Position numbers and translations under genes: made by a program. Below are positions 37,718 through 50,062 of a stretch of DNA of 64,000 nt, one piece after another (within the stretch, counting starts at the first letter, position 1; each line of letters begins with the position of its first letter). The notes under the pieces were generated by a model that saw only the letters and a program-made list of their open reading frames with translations, searched no databases and was not told the DNA's origin. This DNA is from Podarcis muralis (lineage: Eukaryota): positions 76,818,001 through 76,882,000 of the forward strand of contig NC_135657.1 in NCBI RefSeq assembly GCF_964188315.1, given 5' to 3'.

Positions 37718-37784
37718 TCATAGAATCATAGAACTGTAGAGTTGGAAGGGGTCTTTTGGGTCATCTAGTCCAACCCCCTGCAGG
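37718..37784 (-). mobile_element. CR1 3' tail stub
   Basis: tcatagaatcatagaactgtagagttggaaggggtcttttgggtcatctagtccaaccccctgc is the reverse of the (ATTCTATG)n CR1 end. Confidence 0.8.
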
Positions 37785-39702
37785 TGAAGCAGAGGAAGCC
37801 TGCCAAAGCAGGAGGGTGCCTGTCAGGGTGGCATTCTGCCAATAGGCCCATCAACACTGGAACAAGCCCTGGCATTTATGCTTTGAACTTTGTGCTCAAC
37901 TACTTAGACTGCAAAAAGCAGAAGGTTCTCAACATTCCAATCAATTGACAAGCATGTTGTGATTTGGGGAAAGTGATCTGACTGGACCTAGTTATGCAGT
38001 TCCTGTGTGTTGGATCAGTGGTGGAATTTGTGAGTGATACTCCTCATAACTGTACAGATCTGAAAGTCCTGTCCTTTCACAATCACAGGCAATGAAACTG
38101 AGTGAAGAGACTCGGGTTCCAGACAGGGAAGACATTGGGGAAAGGACCAGAAAGCTTTGAAAGGAAGACTAGAGGAGGACTCCCTTCCTTCCTATATTCC
38201 TGCACCATGATGAACTGAAGGCAAAAGAACTCAATACTGTAAAGATTTTCTCCTAGGTACCTAAGGAGTGCCAAGCTGGATCAGGCCAAAGATTGATCAA
38301 GTCCAACATCCTGTTTCTTACAGATGCATCTGCAAAACCCACTGGCTCTAACATGATATGTGCATGCGCTTTAACTAAATATAACAGGATAATGCAGAGA
38401 CTGTTTTCCCCTACATTTTGTTCCAAGCAGGATGGCAGACTGCAGGATTTTGTTTTCCAGGCACCCCAAACCAATACAGAGCCATACGTGGAAGCCTTGT
38501 CCCATGTGTGAATTGGTCTATTTTGACTGTGCCTTGGTTTAAAATACTCAATGCAGCCAGAATGTAGACGTACAAATGCAGACATGGATTAACATATAAT
38601 TAACCGCATTTTGACTTCTAGTAAATTGGCTTTTGCTCCATATTTCTGTGATTACACTTGAACTAATTTTGAACCCAGCTCTTTAAAAAAAAGCATTATA
38701 ATGTACGAGCATCTGTACCATTCTGAGGTTCATTTGGGACTCGAGGCATCAAAATGACAATATCTTTTCCTTGTGATGTTCCTAAACCCAAGTGCAATAT
38801 TTTTTTAAAAGCAGATAATTACCTGCTAATCTTCAGAAAAAGCATCCAGACATCTGAAAGAATCCATTATGCCTTTAGGGTCTTTTCTTCCCATACTGTA
38901 AATACGATAAATGGCATTGCAAATTCTTTCCCTACAATTCATGTTAAATAGTGAGTGTCATGGAAATTATCATCTTGCCATATTGGAAATCCTTCTTATC
39001 TTTACGTATAATTGGTAGATATTTTGGTTTAAAATGAATTAAGAATGTAGGGGGAAATAGTTAATTCTAGCTAAAATAAAGAAGAAAGAGGAATAACTCT
39101 TACAAACTCAGAGGTTTGCTTATAAACTAGGTATTTCTACATGTCCCTGTTGTGCTTTAGAATCTGTGGATTATCCTGTGTTGCATTTGCAGCATGTATT
39201 TATATTTTTGATCACTCAAAGTATTTCAAAATGGCACATTCCGATTGGGACATATCCATCCTTATAAAACACATATCCTTTATTGAGCAAGTATTTAAAA
39301 GAGAAATAATTTGATTCCAAGCAAAAGAGAAGTATTTTGATTCCTTATTACCCACCCAAATAATATTTTATTATTTAAGAGTGCAGATAGAATAATAAAA
39401 TAAAAGTAGCTACATTTTTTTCCTTGATTTATTTAGCATCCCTCTTGCCCTCCAGCAGTAATCATCCATTAGTCCTGATACGTTGTATTCAGTCAAACAG
39501 ATGACATCTTGATTCATCCTTTCTAATGAAACCAGGAGAAAATGTCCTTTTAAAAATGGAGTTGGGGGGGGGAGGGACTGGTTTTGCTTAAAATGTTATT
39601 GACTAGAAAAGTGTGTCCTACAGAAGAAGAAAAATGTACATCCTATATAAAAATGAAAATGAACAATTTCTACATTTTAAAAATGTATTTTTTTATTTTA
39701 TT

Positions 39703-39746
39703 TTTTGTTCTCCAGAAATTCTGGAGAATTTTGTTCTCCAGAAATT
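39703..39746. repeat. Direct-inverted-direct micro-rearrangement
   Basis: ttttgttctccagaaatt + ctggagaa + ttttgttctccagaaatt. Confidence 0.9.
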
Positions 39747-40554
39747 TATTTCTTTATTTCTTTATTTTAACAATGATACCACTTAATGAGAAAAAACCCT
39801 GAAGCTGTTTACATAGAACCATAGACAATGCAATAAAATTAGCAGACATACTAAAATGAAATTTAGTTAAAAATCAACAATTTTAAAACAATTTTAATGC
39901 ATGTAATAACATTGCAGGGCTTTGTAGGTGTGTCTAAACGGAAAAGTTCTTGGTAGATGTCGAAAATGTTAATAGGCAGGAAATTCTTCCATCTTATTTA
40001 AGGTGGAATTGAACTTTCAAAAATCATCTGCTGGTTCTTTACAAAGCTTTCCACATAATTTGTTTTTATTCATTCATTTCTTACCCTCTTCACCTTTAAT
40101 TCCCTCACTAAAACCAACCAGCAAGAGGTATGATCAATTCTTCTTTTCTGGCCCCAGTCAGGACCTGGCCTCACTGCCTGATTTGTAACTCACACCTTGT
40201 TGTCCACATGTTTCTTTTTCTGCCTTGCTGGTTGTCATCACAATTCTGCATTATATTGCTATATTGTGTTCATTTCACAATTGTGCATTCTCATTTTGTG
40301 ATGGCACCTGCTTCCATTCGGAATCCAAATAAAGAATTCTGTATTGTGTGCGTGTGTGTAATATTCTGCCGTGGACTTCATGGAATTTCTTGTAAGGAGA
40401 GAGACAGATGACAGGGACAGGTATAAAGATAAAAAACAACAACACAGATTCCCAATCCAGCAGTTGTTTTGAAATAGGGACCCTAGGGAAAGCCATCAAA
40501 GCTACATTAAAAAATCCAACATAGACATTTCTGTTAAAGCGCCAAAGCACTCTA

Positions 40555-40790
40555 ATTTATTTACCTATTTTACATGATTTATCCGTTCCCCTTTTTAGTC
40601 CAAATTCCCAAAGTGCTGTTCAAATAATTATGATATTTCAACATAAAAATATTTTGATTAAACAGCAGCACATAAACCATAAACAAAAATCAAATAAAAT
40701 TGCAAAATGCAGTAAACAACACAGAAGGACTCGTTCCCAAAGCAGAACAGAATTGTTTTGCTAATTTCCCAGATGCCATTAAAGAGAGAG
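40555..40790 (-). mobile_element. L2 3' end fragment
   Basis: tttatttacctattttacatgatttatcc...caaagtgctgttcaa with an A-rich 3'UTR-like stretch. Confidence 0.4.
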
Positions 40791-41099
40791 ATTTTTTTTG
40801 TAAAAAAACACACAACCTAGCAGCCCAACTTTGGGCATGTCTACCCAGAATTATGTCCAGTTCAGTTTAATGGGAACCACTCCCTAATAACTGTATTTAG
40901 GATGGAGTGAAAAGCTCTAAAGTTACCTCTCCAAAGACCACACTTTGTATGGAAGTTGTTTTGGCTTCCACAGAAGTTTGAACTTGCAAGCAGGACCTCA
41001 TTACCTGGAATATGGATCGATCATGGAATCTCTGTGGATAGTGAATCCCTTCTGCTGAACCAGGCCCTAAATTTATATAAGCCTTCCTCATCCACTCTG

Positions 41100-41313
41100 C
41101 AGTGGTACCTTGGGTTACAACACCTCAGGTTACAGACTCAGATAACCCAGAAGTTATCTGGGTTAAGAACTTTACCTCAGGATGAGAACAGAAATCGCAT
41201 GGCAGTAGCAGCGGGAGGCCCCATTAGCCAAAGTGGTACCTCAGGTTAAGAACGGTTTCAGGTTAAGAACAGACCTCCAGAACGAATTAAGTTCATAACC
41301 AGAGGTACCACTG
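41100..41313. mobile_element. Tc1/mariner (Tigger-like) MITE
   Basis: TIRs cagtggtaccttgggtta / taaccagaggtaccactg; flanks tg / ta (TA TSD, left copy mutated). Confidence 0.92.
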
Positions 41314-43220
41314 TATATACTTTCATGAAATTCCCCAACTATTATATCCCCCATTGGCTCTCTACGCTGCTTTTTTGCACAAATAAAATAGCTTCTTCCC
41401 CACCCAGAAGGGCAGCTTGGGGGGAAAGAAAGGAAAAATGTGCTTTTATCTTGGAATCTTCCATACAAATTAAAGTGCCCATTACCCATATGACAGTAAT
41501 AAGTAGTCCTTCGTTTTCTATTGACTGGGGCATAACTTCCCTTGTTACCAGGAGTGATGTGCATATGCTCCTTGCACAGGCACTTGGCTCTGATGGGATT
41601 CTGCTGTGGAGAAATGAACTCCGTTAATATTCTTGCAGAAAAGAAAAATTACAATACTCCGCTGTGCTACTAGAGCATGACTACACTCAGACATGGAATC
41701 CAATGCTAGACCTCGGAGTTTAGACTTTTTGATCTTCAGTGGAAGTGCTGGTTGTTCTTTCAAGTTCCTTGCAGCAGCTGAAGCAAACCTTTGAAAGTCC
41801 TATTTGCCCTGCATGAAAGGATTGCCTGTAACAAACGCTGTTGAATTCTGCATGTGCTCGTTTCTTGTAGTGGAACTGTCACACTCTTTTGTTTACTCCC
41901 TTCAAAAGTAACCATTTCAAAAGTACTACATCCAAGTATCTGTTGCTGCCCTCTCCTTAAGAAATTTTTAAAGTGCATTGCCTTTTTTTATATTAGGGAA
42001 AATGTGATCGCAAAATGTGCTTCTCTCATTTATCAGTATTTCTGTGTTTTCCACAATACACAGCATTAAGGGTTACTTAGACATGGAATTAGTCACGCCA
42101 TTCCTGTGTTGTAAGTCATTATCCAGTGAAGCATCAGAACCCATACCAAGCCTACTGCTATATTAAAAAGAGGGATGAATCAGGCTGTTTTACAGTCTGT
42201 GTCTGTTTCACATGTATTTTTCCATCCCATTTCTGCATTACTGTAAATTTTTATTTAATTCATACAAATTTTTCTCAATATGTATTTCAATAAATGTTTT
42301 CAAATGTATTTTATGTCACAAAATACACATTCATATTCCCCCCCTAAAATGTGAATTGTTATAAACATTCTGGGGTGTGCACCTCTCTCTCTCTGTATGT
42401 GTGGTATCTGTGTGTGTATGGTTTGCAAAGAATGAATTCCGCAAGCATCACTGATCAAATGCCATAGGACAAACTATCATGGCTTCCTACATCATAGCAA
42501 CAAATTACTCTATCAACATCCTAAAATGTACCCACCTCCATTCCCAATTATCTGTGCAGGTTTGAGGATATGTTAGGGAAAGGAGGCGATTTTCATTCCC
42601 ATTTTTAAATAACTGATCACAAAGAAATCAGAAAAGCACAGTAATGAAATTGTAAAACTTTTCTTGAATTGGCTTGAAATAAATGCTGATTTCATCAAAA
42701 TATTTGCTCCTGTTGATTTTTTTTTTTTTAAAGTCTTCCATTGCTTTATTGAATTTTAATTCAACTACAAGTCGTTTCATATAATAGCTTTCACTGGAAT
42801 TTTCTGTTCGGCTGAATGATATATTCTATTACGCATTGCTTACATAAAATGTACTGCACATTAGACCAATCACAAAACATTAGCCTTTTGTCATTACAAA
42901 GTACCATGAAATGTTTATTTTGGGGTGGATGACACACATTTCTTTAATTGACAGGTATCTTTACTTTCACTAAAAGAAATGAAATCTCAGATTTTAACCA
43001 CTGTAACACAGAGCAATATCTGAGGTTTGCCTTATCTCCTTAACATCCCACATCTGCACCATATATTTATTTCCTCTCCTACTGACTATTTCTCTTCATA
43101 ATATTTTTTTGCTGTTTTCTAACCAGTACTTGAGCAAAACAATTATTTTCCTGGCCAACTTGTAAAAACAGCAGGATATAGATACAGAGATAGAGATAGG
43201 AAGGCTCTTCTTCATTTCAC

Positions 43221-43301
43221 CTTCGTAGAATACAAATGTGTCTATTCTGGATTTCTTTTCCTCAGCGGTAGGCTCACTGGTCATTTTGTCCAAATCCATG
43301 C
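43221..43301 (-). other. Candidate 81-nt phase 1-1 exon
   Basis: cacattttcag|GCATGGAT...TACGAAG|gtgaaa encodes (G)MDLDKMTSEPTAEEKKSRIDTFVFYE(G); not recognised. Confidence 0.3.
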
Positions 43302-43846
43302 CTGAAAATGTGCATCTGTACACCAGGGAAGGGAATACAGAAATGATGACTGGAGGAAAGGAGTCGGGGTTTCATTTTCTTTTTCTTTTTGACTGGAGCA
43401 AATAAAATACACCCAAAGTGGAGCAATAGGTGGGTGAAAGCCTGGCTAAACAGCTTTAAAGAAGTTTCTTTCCTTTTTTTAATGTTCAGCGTTGTGTGTG
43501 AGCAAACAACAAAATTCACCTCACATATGTATGGGAAACACTTTTAATAAAGGACTTTGTTCAAGCTTATTTCATTACTTCTTTCTCTCTTTTTTGGTGA
43601 TGGTGTGAAGTGTGAATTAAGTTGAATACAAAAGACTTCCACTGCACTGAATTACCTGTTTCACCTTGAAAAGCCACACAAAATGAAGCTCTTAAAGCCT
43701 TTTGAAAATGACCTTTTTCCTCAGCAATGATTTATCTTTCCCCCCTCAAAATCCCTTTTACAAAAGGGAGTATGATTAAAGGAAGCCAAGCAGCACAAAC
43801 ACTGGCTGAAGATCCCGCTTATCAGGAACTCACTTGACAATGTATG

Positions 43847-44138
43847 NNNNNNNNNNNNNNNNNNNNNNNNNNNNNNNNNNNNNNNNNNNNNNNNNNNNNN
43901 NNNNNNNNNNNNNNNNNNNNNNNNNNNNNNNNNNNNNNNNNNNNNNNNNNNNNNNNNNNNNNNNNNNNNNNNNNNNNNNNNNNNNNNNNNNNNNNNNNNN
44001 NNNNNNNNNNNNNNNNNNNNNNNNNNNNNNNNNNNNNNNNNNNNNNNNNNNNNNNNNNNNNNNNNNNNNNNNNNNNNNNNNNNNNNNNNNNNNNNNNNNN
44101 NNNNNNNNNNNNNNNNNNNNNNNNNNNNNNNNNNNNNN
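43847..44138. other. Assembly gap (292 N)
   Basis: Direct reading. Confidence 1.
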
Positions 44139-44375
44139 ATGCTTAAAAGAAAGCAGCCGGCCTCCTGCTGTCGTTAAGATCGCTTCATTTTCTCCCTGCT
44201 CTCTATTCACTGGGAACAAGTGAATGAAGACTTGGGGAATAGGGAAGGGCGGAGAGGGGGAGTCATTCAGGAAAGGGACCTGAAGCACTTCCACAAGGAG
44301 ATACGTGCTCCAAGTCAAGGCCTGCTTGACCTGAATTTCTCATGAAGGGCTGAGTTTATTTTTTAAGTGAGGACA

Positions 44376-44424
<49 letters not shown>
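44376..44424. repeat. (ATT)n microsatellite
   Basis: About 16 units. Confidence 0.95.
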
Positions 44425-44426
<2 letters not shown>

Positions 44427-44752
44427 AAAGAGAGAGAGGCTAGAGCTCTCTTTAAAAAAAAAAAAACATGATGGCAGACCTGTCATTGGCATGTCTTTCT
44501 GCCTTGGGTCCCTGTGAAGTGTTTACTTTGAAAAGGCAGCACACCAGCCGATTAAATAAAACGGGAGCACTCCTTGTCTCACAAGGGGGAATCGTGGAGA
44601 CAGCTTTATTACTTCTGTCAGAGAACAAAGGTTTTTCCCAGCATGCAGGGGATTATTAGGCCAGCAGCAAATAAACGGAATTCACAACGTCAAAGCTTCA
44701 GATGTGTCTAAGGAGCAGATGAGGGGCGAATCCATAATTGATTTCTCTGCTG

Positions 44753-44755
44753 ATA

Positions 44756-44787
<32 letters not shown>

Positions 44788-44789
44788 CG

Positions 44790-44822
<33 letters not shown>
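44753..44822. repeat. Self-complementary (TG)n-(GC)core-(CA)n tract
   Basis: 70 bp of uninterrupted purine-pyrimidine alternation. Confidence 0.95.
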
Positions 44823-45764
44823 TTAAAAAATAAAACTACGTGGCCATTATTACAGAATCTGGTTTTACTCTTGCCAGCAAGCACGGTTTCATTTAGATGC
44901 TAATGTTATGACTGAATAAGATCACTCATTTGGAAAGGCTATGGCTTGTCCATGTGTTGCCCATATTATACATCTATACTACGCAGGTTTGAAAGAGCTT
45001 ATTTCCTTTCAGGAAATAAAAGAAATGCTGCTTACCTTGTTTTGTGATGAAAGATGGCAGCTTATTGGGTGGTGAAGGGTGGAGGGAAGCATAAGAGGAA
45101 ATGACAGTGTATGGTCAAGATCAAAAGAAGGACTTGGGCATGCCCAGTCAGATTGTAATGGTTATTCCCTTCCAGCTTTTCTTTAAGGAGCAGGCAATCC
45201 ACTCACCCCGTGTCATACCAAAACCACTTTGAAAGTTTTAAAAGTAGATTGCCACATGGTGTGGAAAGAGCACCTATTTAACAAATACAATCCCATAGGA
45301 CTCCTGGGCGTACAGAACGATTTGAGAAGTTTATTGGATCCCATCCCACAAATTTAATTAATCGGCTACTTATTTATTGCTATTTATTGTTCCATTTTGG
45401 CAATGGTTCTATTTCACTATTTTGAGACACATATCCCTTGCTTTTAATATATTCCCCAATCCTATTAATCTTCTTTGCCACTTGTATGACACACTCGGCT
45501 TATTATTGTTGTTGATGTTGATGTTAAGCTTCAGTTCTGTAACAACTTACGCGGAAGAAAACTCCACTGAATTCAGTGGGTAGATGTGTGTAGGTGTATA
45601 ATGATTGCACTGTAAGTATTCCAGTAATTTCAAACAAATATGCCTGCATGCGAATTCAACAATGAAATGGGATGCAAAGCAAGCGAGTTGGTGAATGCAA
45701 TGAAACAGTTGGGAGAGGGAATACCATAGTCTTAGGCAAGTGGCATAGCCCATGACTGGTATGC

Positions 45765-45875
45765 AGAATATTGCAGAACAGCATCTCCAGTTAAAGGAGG
45801 TGAGAAAAATTCCTGCCAGAGACCCTGCATTGTGGCTGCCAGTCAGAGCAATGTTGGGGTAGCTGAACCAATTAT
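45765..45875 (+). mobile_element. tRNA-headed SINE body fragment
   Basis: gcatctccagttaaagg...cctgccagagaccctgc...gctgccagtcagagcaatgttggggtagctgaaccaa. Confidence 0.55.
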
Positions 45876-46392
45876 CCACCCATCATATATTCAAAACATT
45901 CTTCTCCTTTTAACAGGTAAAAATGCAGTACCCCACAGGAAGGAGTGAGCTAAAAGGGATTTGCACATACTCATTTTGTTCAGAGCTACCATATCTATTG
46001 TTATGATTCTTATTTTTTAATTTGCTTTCAAGTCTGTGACTGTGGGGGACACTCCTTCTATGACCAAGAGAGCTAAGTGAATAGGCATGTCCTTCTATTT
46101 CACTGCAGGAGTGACATTGTGGAGTGGTGGGAAATGAAACCGTTTGTGCCTCGTCAGTCTCAGAAGCTTCCAGCCTCACCTCTGAGATGTTCCCAAACTT
46201 ATCCTCCCAGTGAGTTGCAAGGGTGTGAAATGACCTCCGCGAGGTATCCGTTGGGCCATTTAACTATCCCCATTTCCCACCTGCCCATCGCATTAATGAT
46301 ATTCACGGGCAGGAGGTCAGATGGGGAAAAGAAGTATTAAGAGAGATTTATTGGCCAGTTAAGTACACATTTTTGTCCTTAACCGCACTTAC

Positions 46393-46443
46393 TCACTGAA
46401 GCGAACAAGAGCACCTGGCAGAAAGCGATGGCAGGCTGTTTCG
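46393..46443 (-). other. Candidate 47/51-nt exon inside a CpG-retaining unique island
   Basis: gtgtgttctcag|CGAAAC...GCTTCA|GTGA|GTAAGT; two overlapping consensus donors 4 nt apart. Confidence 0.3.
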
Positions 46444-48467
46444 CTGAGAACACACGCAAGTTACTGAGTAACCAGGGCTGCTAATGAATTGGTTTGCCTT
46501 TACAGTGTAGCTGTGGTGCATGTCAGATTCTACGCGGTGCCTACTAATAGATCTGATTTTCTTGCACTGGGGATCACAACACGCAGAAGCGCAGGCAATA
46601 GGTTGGAATTTCTCAAGCTCCAATTTTGCAAAGGTCATCGGCTGTTTAGAGCTGCCAGTGTGCTAAGCTGTAAAGTAATCCCAGCATTCATAATGAGCAG
46701 CGCTTGCTAGTCAACAGCATGTCAATATACATTTTTAAAAAATAAAAAAGGACCTTGGTTGCTGGTACAAGGCTGAATTACTTGGACCTGATCCTGTTTT
46801 ATCAGATCAATGGACGTTTTGCTTTTCACTTGAATAGGTGGAGCGGGATAAGCCCTGAGGGCCTGGCATTGGTGCCAACGTCTTTTGTTTCGCCCGAGAT
46901 TTGCACCCATGATGGAATTTGCCTGTCTTTGACACCTGCAATTAATTGTCAGCCTCAAAGACACCCAGTTAAAGAGCCCTTAAAACCCAGCCTCTAACAT
47001 GTAATTTAAATCATCATCATCATAATGAGCTTTTGCTGCTCGCTCAAGCAATCTTACATACCGTTCCTTTCTGTTCTCTGTGTTACGGCAACTTTCAAGG
47101 AGCTTGCCATTTGAACAGAATAGACGACATCTTGCAATTCTTAGTCATGTTGGGGAAAGGCACATTTGATCTCTAAGCAGATCTCTAACTGCTTTGTGTA
47201 CGCAGAGTCACAGACCCAGGGGGAACCTGCTTTTCCCAAGCAAACAATTCCATCCCTTTTACCCAAGTTGCTGTTTTAACTACTGCCAATGCCTCTTACT
47301 GTTCTCAACACTCCATTGCATTTTTACAAGTGCCAGGAGACCTGAGCCTGAGATTACGCAAGGGCACAAAGGAGAAGCAGAACCATTGAGAGTATGCTTG
47401 TTAGGGCAAGTATTTGGAGCTGAGATATACAGTGGATGCTCACAGGCTACATTGCACCTGTGCACTCTTAGCAGAAGCAGCAAATCTGTTTCTGTGTCTC
47501 TCCCGGTCCCCACTGATAAAAGAAATGGCAGTGTCATGCAAGACCCTGCCACATCACACCTGCTTGGAACATGGGCTGCTTCCTGCACTTCCTTTTGCAC
47601 ACCAAAGTGGGCATGGTTCCACTTTGGTCCTGTTTATAATTTGATGTGTCTGCAGCTCACACTGTTAAAATAAAGCAAGGATGGGATTACTGAGCTCTAG
47701 ATTGATACTTTTCTCCTTCTCAGCAAACGTCCGCTTTTGGTAGCGGTTTCAGGCTTGAGTTACCCCTCAGCATGATGCTGTTGATTACCTCCCTCTGGTG
47801 CCACCACTGATCAGGCACAACACCACAAGAGGCCTCTACAAGCTAGTGATTGTAACCTTCCCCATGTGAACTTTGCTGGCACAGCATCAACACTGATCAG
47901 CGCAGGGTGGCTACAAGTTTTGAGTTCTCCCGAGGCAATGCCGTCTTGATGCTGTGAGACATTGCATTGTGGGAAACTGAAAGTGGTGACCTTCCAGCAT
48001 TGGCAGTGTCCTAGAAGCAGTGGAAGCACAGAAGACCTGCCAACTGTGCTGGTCAGCAACACAGCTGGAAGGAGGCTGATTGGCAGTGCCCACAGTTGGA
48101 GGATCTGTCAGTACCACTGGATGTTGCCAAGGCACTTGAGAATGCTGAGTGCTGGTGGTAGGCCTGATTCCTTCCTCACTTTAGATCACAGATTTTGTTA
48201 ACATTGTAGATTTAAAAAAATAAAAGATAAAAGACTGCAACATTTTTATTTAATTTTATATAATTTTTAATTTTAAAAGGTGGAACATTTGATAGATATA
48301 CACATTCATTTTGAAGTTTTCTTAGTGTCCATTTAAGTTTCCTTTTTTTATTGGGGGAGTGGGGTTGGCTCATTGTGTGACAAAGATTTCCCTAAGTAAA
48401 ATCTCTAAATAAAAATCACCAATATAGACTATGCAACGTACGAAAGCGAAAGTATAAATGTCTATAC

Positions 48468-48831
48468 CAGGGATGTCTAACAGGTCGATGGCGATCTACT
48501 GGTAGATCTTCATGAGGTTATGGTAGATTTTGGTCAATCTCTGGCTCCCTTTCCTTAGTGTCACTAAAACTGACTCCTGCCCTGCCCCTCGTCCCACCCT
48601 CCATTGTTGTATGATCTCTGGAAGGGAAGATGGAGCTTTCTCTGTGCTGCTGTTTTGATCCATAGGGATCTTTTTGTGAGTGACTTTACCCCTTTGTCCC
48701 TTGCCTTTAACCCCCTCAAACACGGAACTCTCTCCCCAAAGCTTTTTTTAACCCCTAAAAAAGGGGGTAGATCACTGCCAGTTTTTAATTCTGAAAGTAG
48801 ATCGCAGTCTCTTGAGAGTTGGCCACTCCTG
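48468..48831 (+). mobile_element. hAT (Charlie-like) non-autonomous transposon
   Basis: cagggatgtctaac...gttggccactcctg with perfect 8-bp TSD gtctatac (48460-48467, 48832-48839); subterminal gtagatc repeats. Confidence 0.92.
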
Positions 48832-49094
48832 GTCTATACTGAGGGCATTTCTGTGAAACCTATTCAGAGAAGCACTGGGGAAATTGTGGACTTACAGTCC
48901 ACCAGTTCCTCCCTCTGTATCCACTCCATATACCCTTTTTTCCTGCATCTGGAATTTGGGGCAAGGTGGGGAGAGCTGCTGAGATTGGCAACTGGGAAAG
49001 CAGTGGCCAGGGAAAGAAGATAGCATAGCCCTATCTTAGCTGTCCCTCTAAAAGCTGCTTAAAATACCACTGGTGTCAGATTCTTTCTGCAGCA

Positions 49095-49200
49095 AATAAC
49101 TTCTAGATTGGTTCTAAACCTCAATTACCACTCTATAAAATGGGAACACGGGTGACCTTGCAAGATTACTGCCAAGATAAAGAATGCACAGTATGCTCAC
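49095..49200 (+). mobile_element. MIR/CORE-like SINE remnant
   Basis: aaacctcaattaccactctataaaatgggaac resembles the CORE motif cctcagtttcctcatctgtaaaatggg. Confidence 0.4.
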
Positions 49201-49954
49201 TAGCATATGAATTTTGTAATTTGACATATGCCTCAGTGGCATTGATTGTTTCCCTAATTATATGAAAAGCATACATTGTGTGGGCAAAGTCAGCTGCTCC
49301 TGTGTAAAGGGAACCCTGTTGCTAATAGACATGCTGTTGGCCACCCACCCTTCACCTCTGCAGTTCCTATGGGCCCAAAATGTTGGAATGGTAGGGAGAT
49401 GACTCTGCCCTAACTTCTCAGAGCTATGTAAAGCTTTGGACAGTATTTCTGCTGTGTGTGGAGACAACAGAGGGGAAGAAGATGGAAGAAGCTGGCATTT
49501 GGGTAGGCCATGGCTGCATTACAAAGAATTGCCTTTGTTTTCGTTGCCTCTCTACCTCTTGTCACCTTGGCCACCCCTTTCCATCTTCTTCTTCCATAAT
49601 CTCTGCAATTTAGAATGCATTCTAGATCATAAGCTCTTTGGGGCAGGGACCTACCTGGGCCACTGATGTTACTTTGCCACCTACATTGATGGAGCTGCAT
49701 AAATAAAATAAAGATCATAGTAAGAACAATTTGAGGCAAGCATTGTAACACATACATGAATACCTGGGGAACTGCTGCCTCAGTGCGGTGATAGAATTGC
49801 ACTCAATGGTCTAGAAGTGGTTAACAATATGCTTTCTTCTTCAGACAGCCCAAGGGCTGCAGAGCTGCTAAGAAACCACAGCACAGAGAATGAATATTCT
49901 GCATTGTTTAATTGAAACAGTTATGCCAATCTGTGCTACTGCAGACACCTCAGT

Positions 49955-50062
49955 TCACTAATGGGCTGGCACCTGTATCTTTCGGACTGCAGTCCTATAC
50001 ATGAGCCCCACGCTGAACTCAGTGGGACAGGCTTCTGAGTGCACATGTAAAGGATTGTCCTG
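49955..50062. mobile_element. Short squamate palindromic repeat
   Basis: gcagtcctatacatgagcccc...gaactcagtgggacaggcttctgagtgcacatgtaaaggattg; a related reversed piece lies near 51590-51650. Confidence 0.55.

Noticed and set aside
37259-44318. ORFs spanning runs of X
   Set aside because: Artefacts of the two N gaps.
47194-47673. 159-aa ORF
   Set aside because: GTG start, Cys/Ser-rich random-looking composition, no homology recognised.
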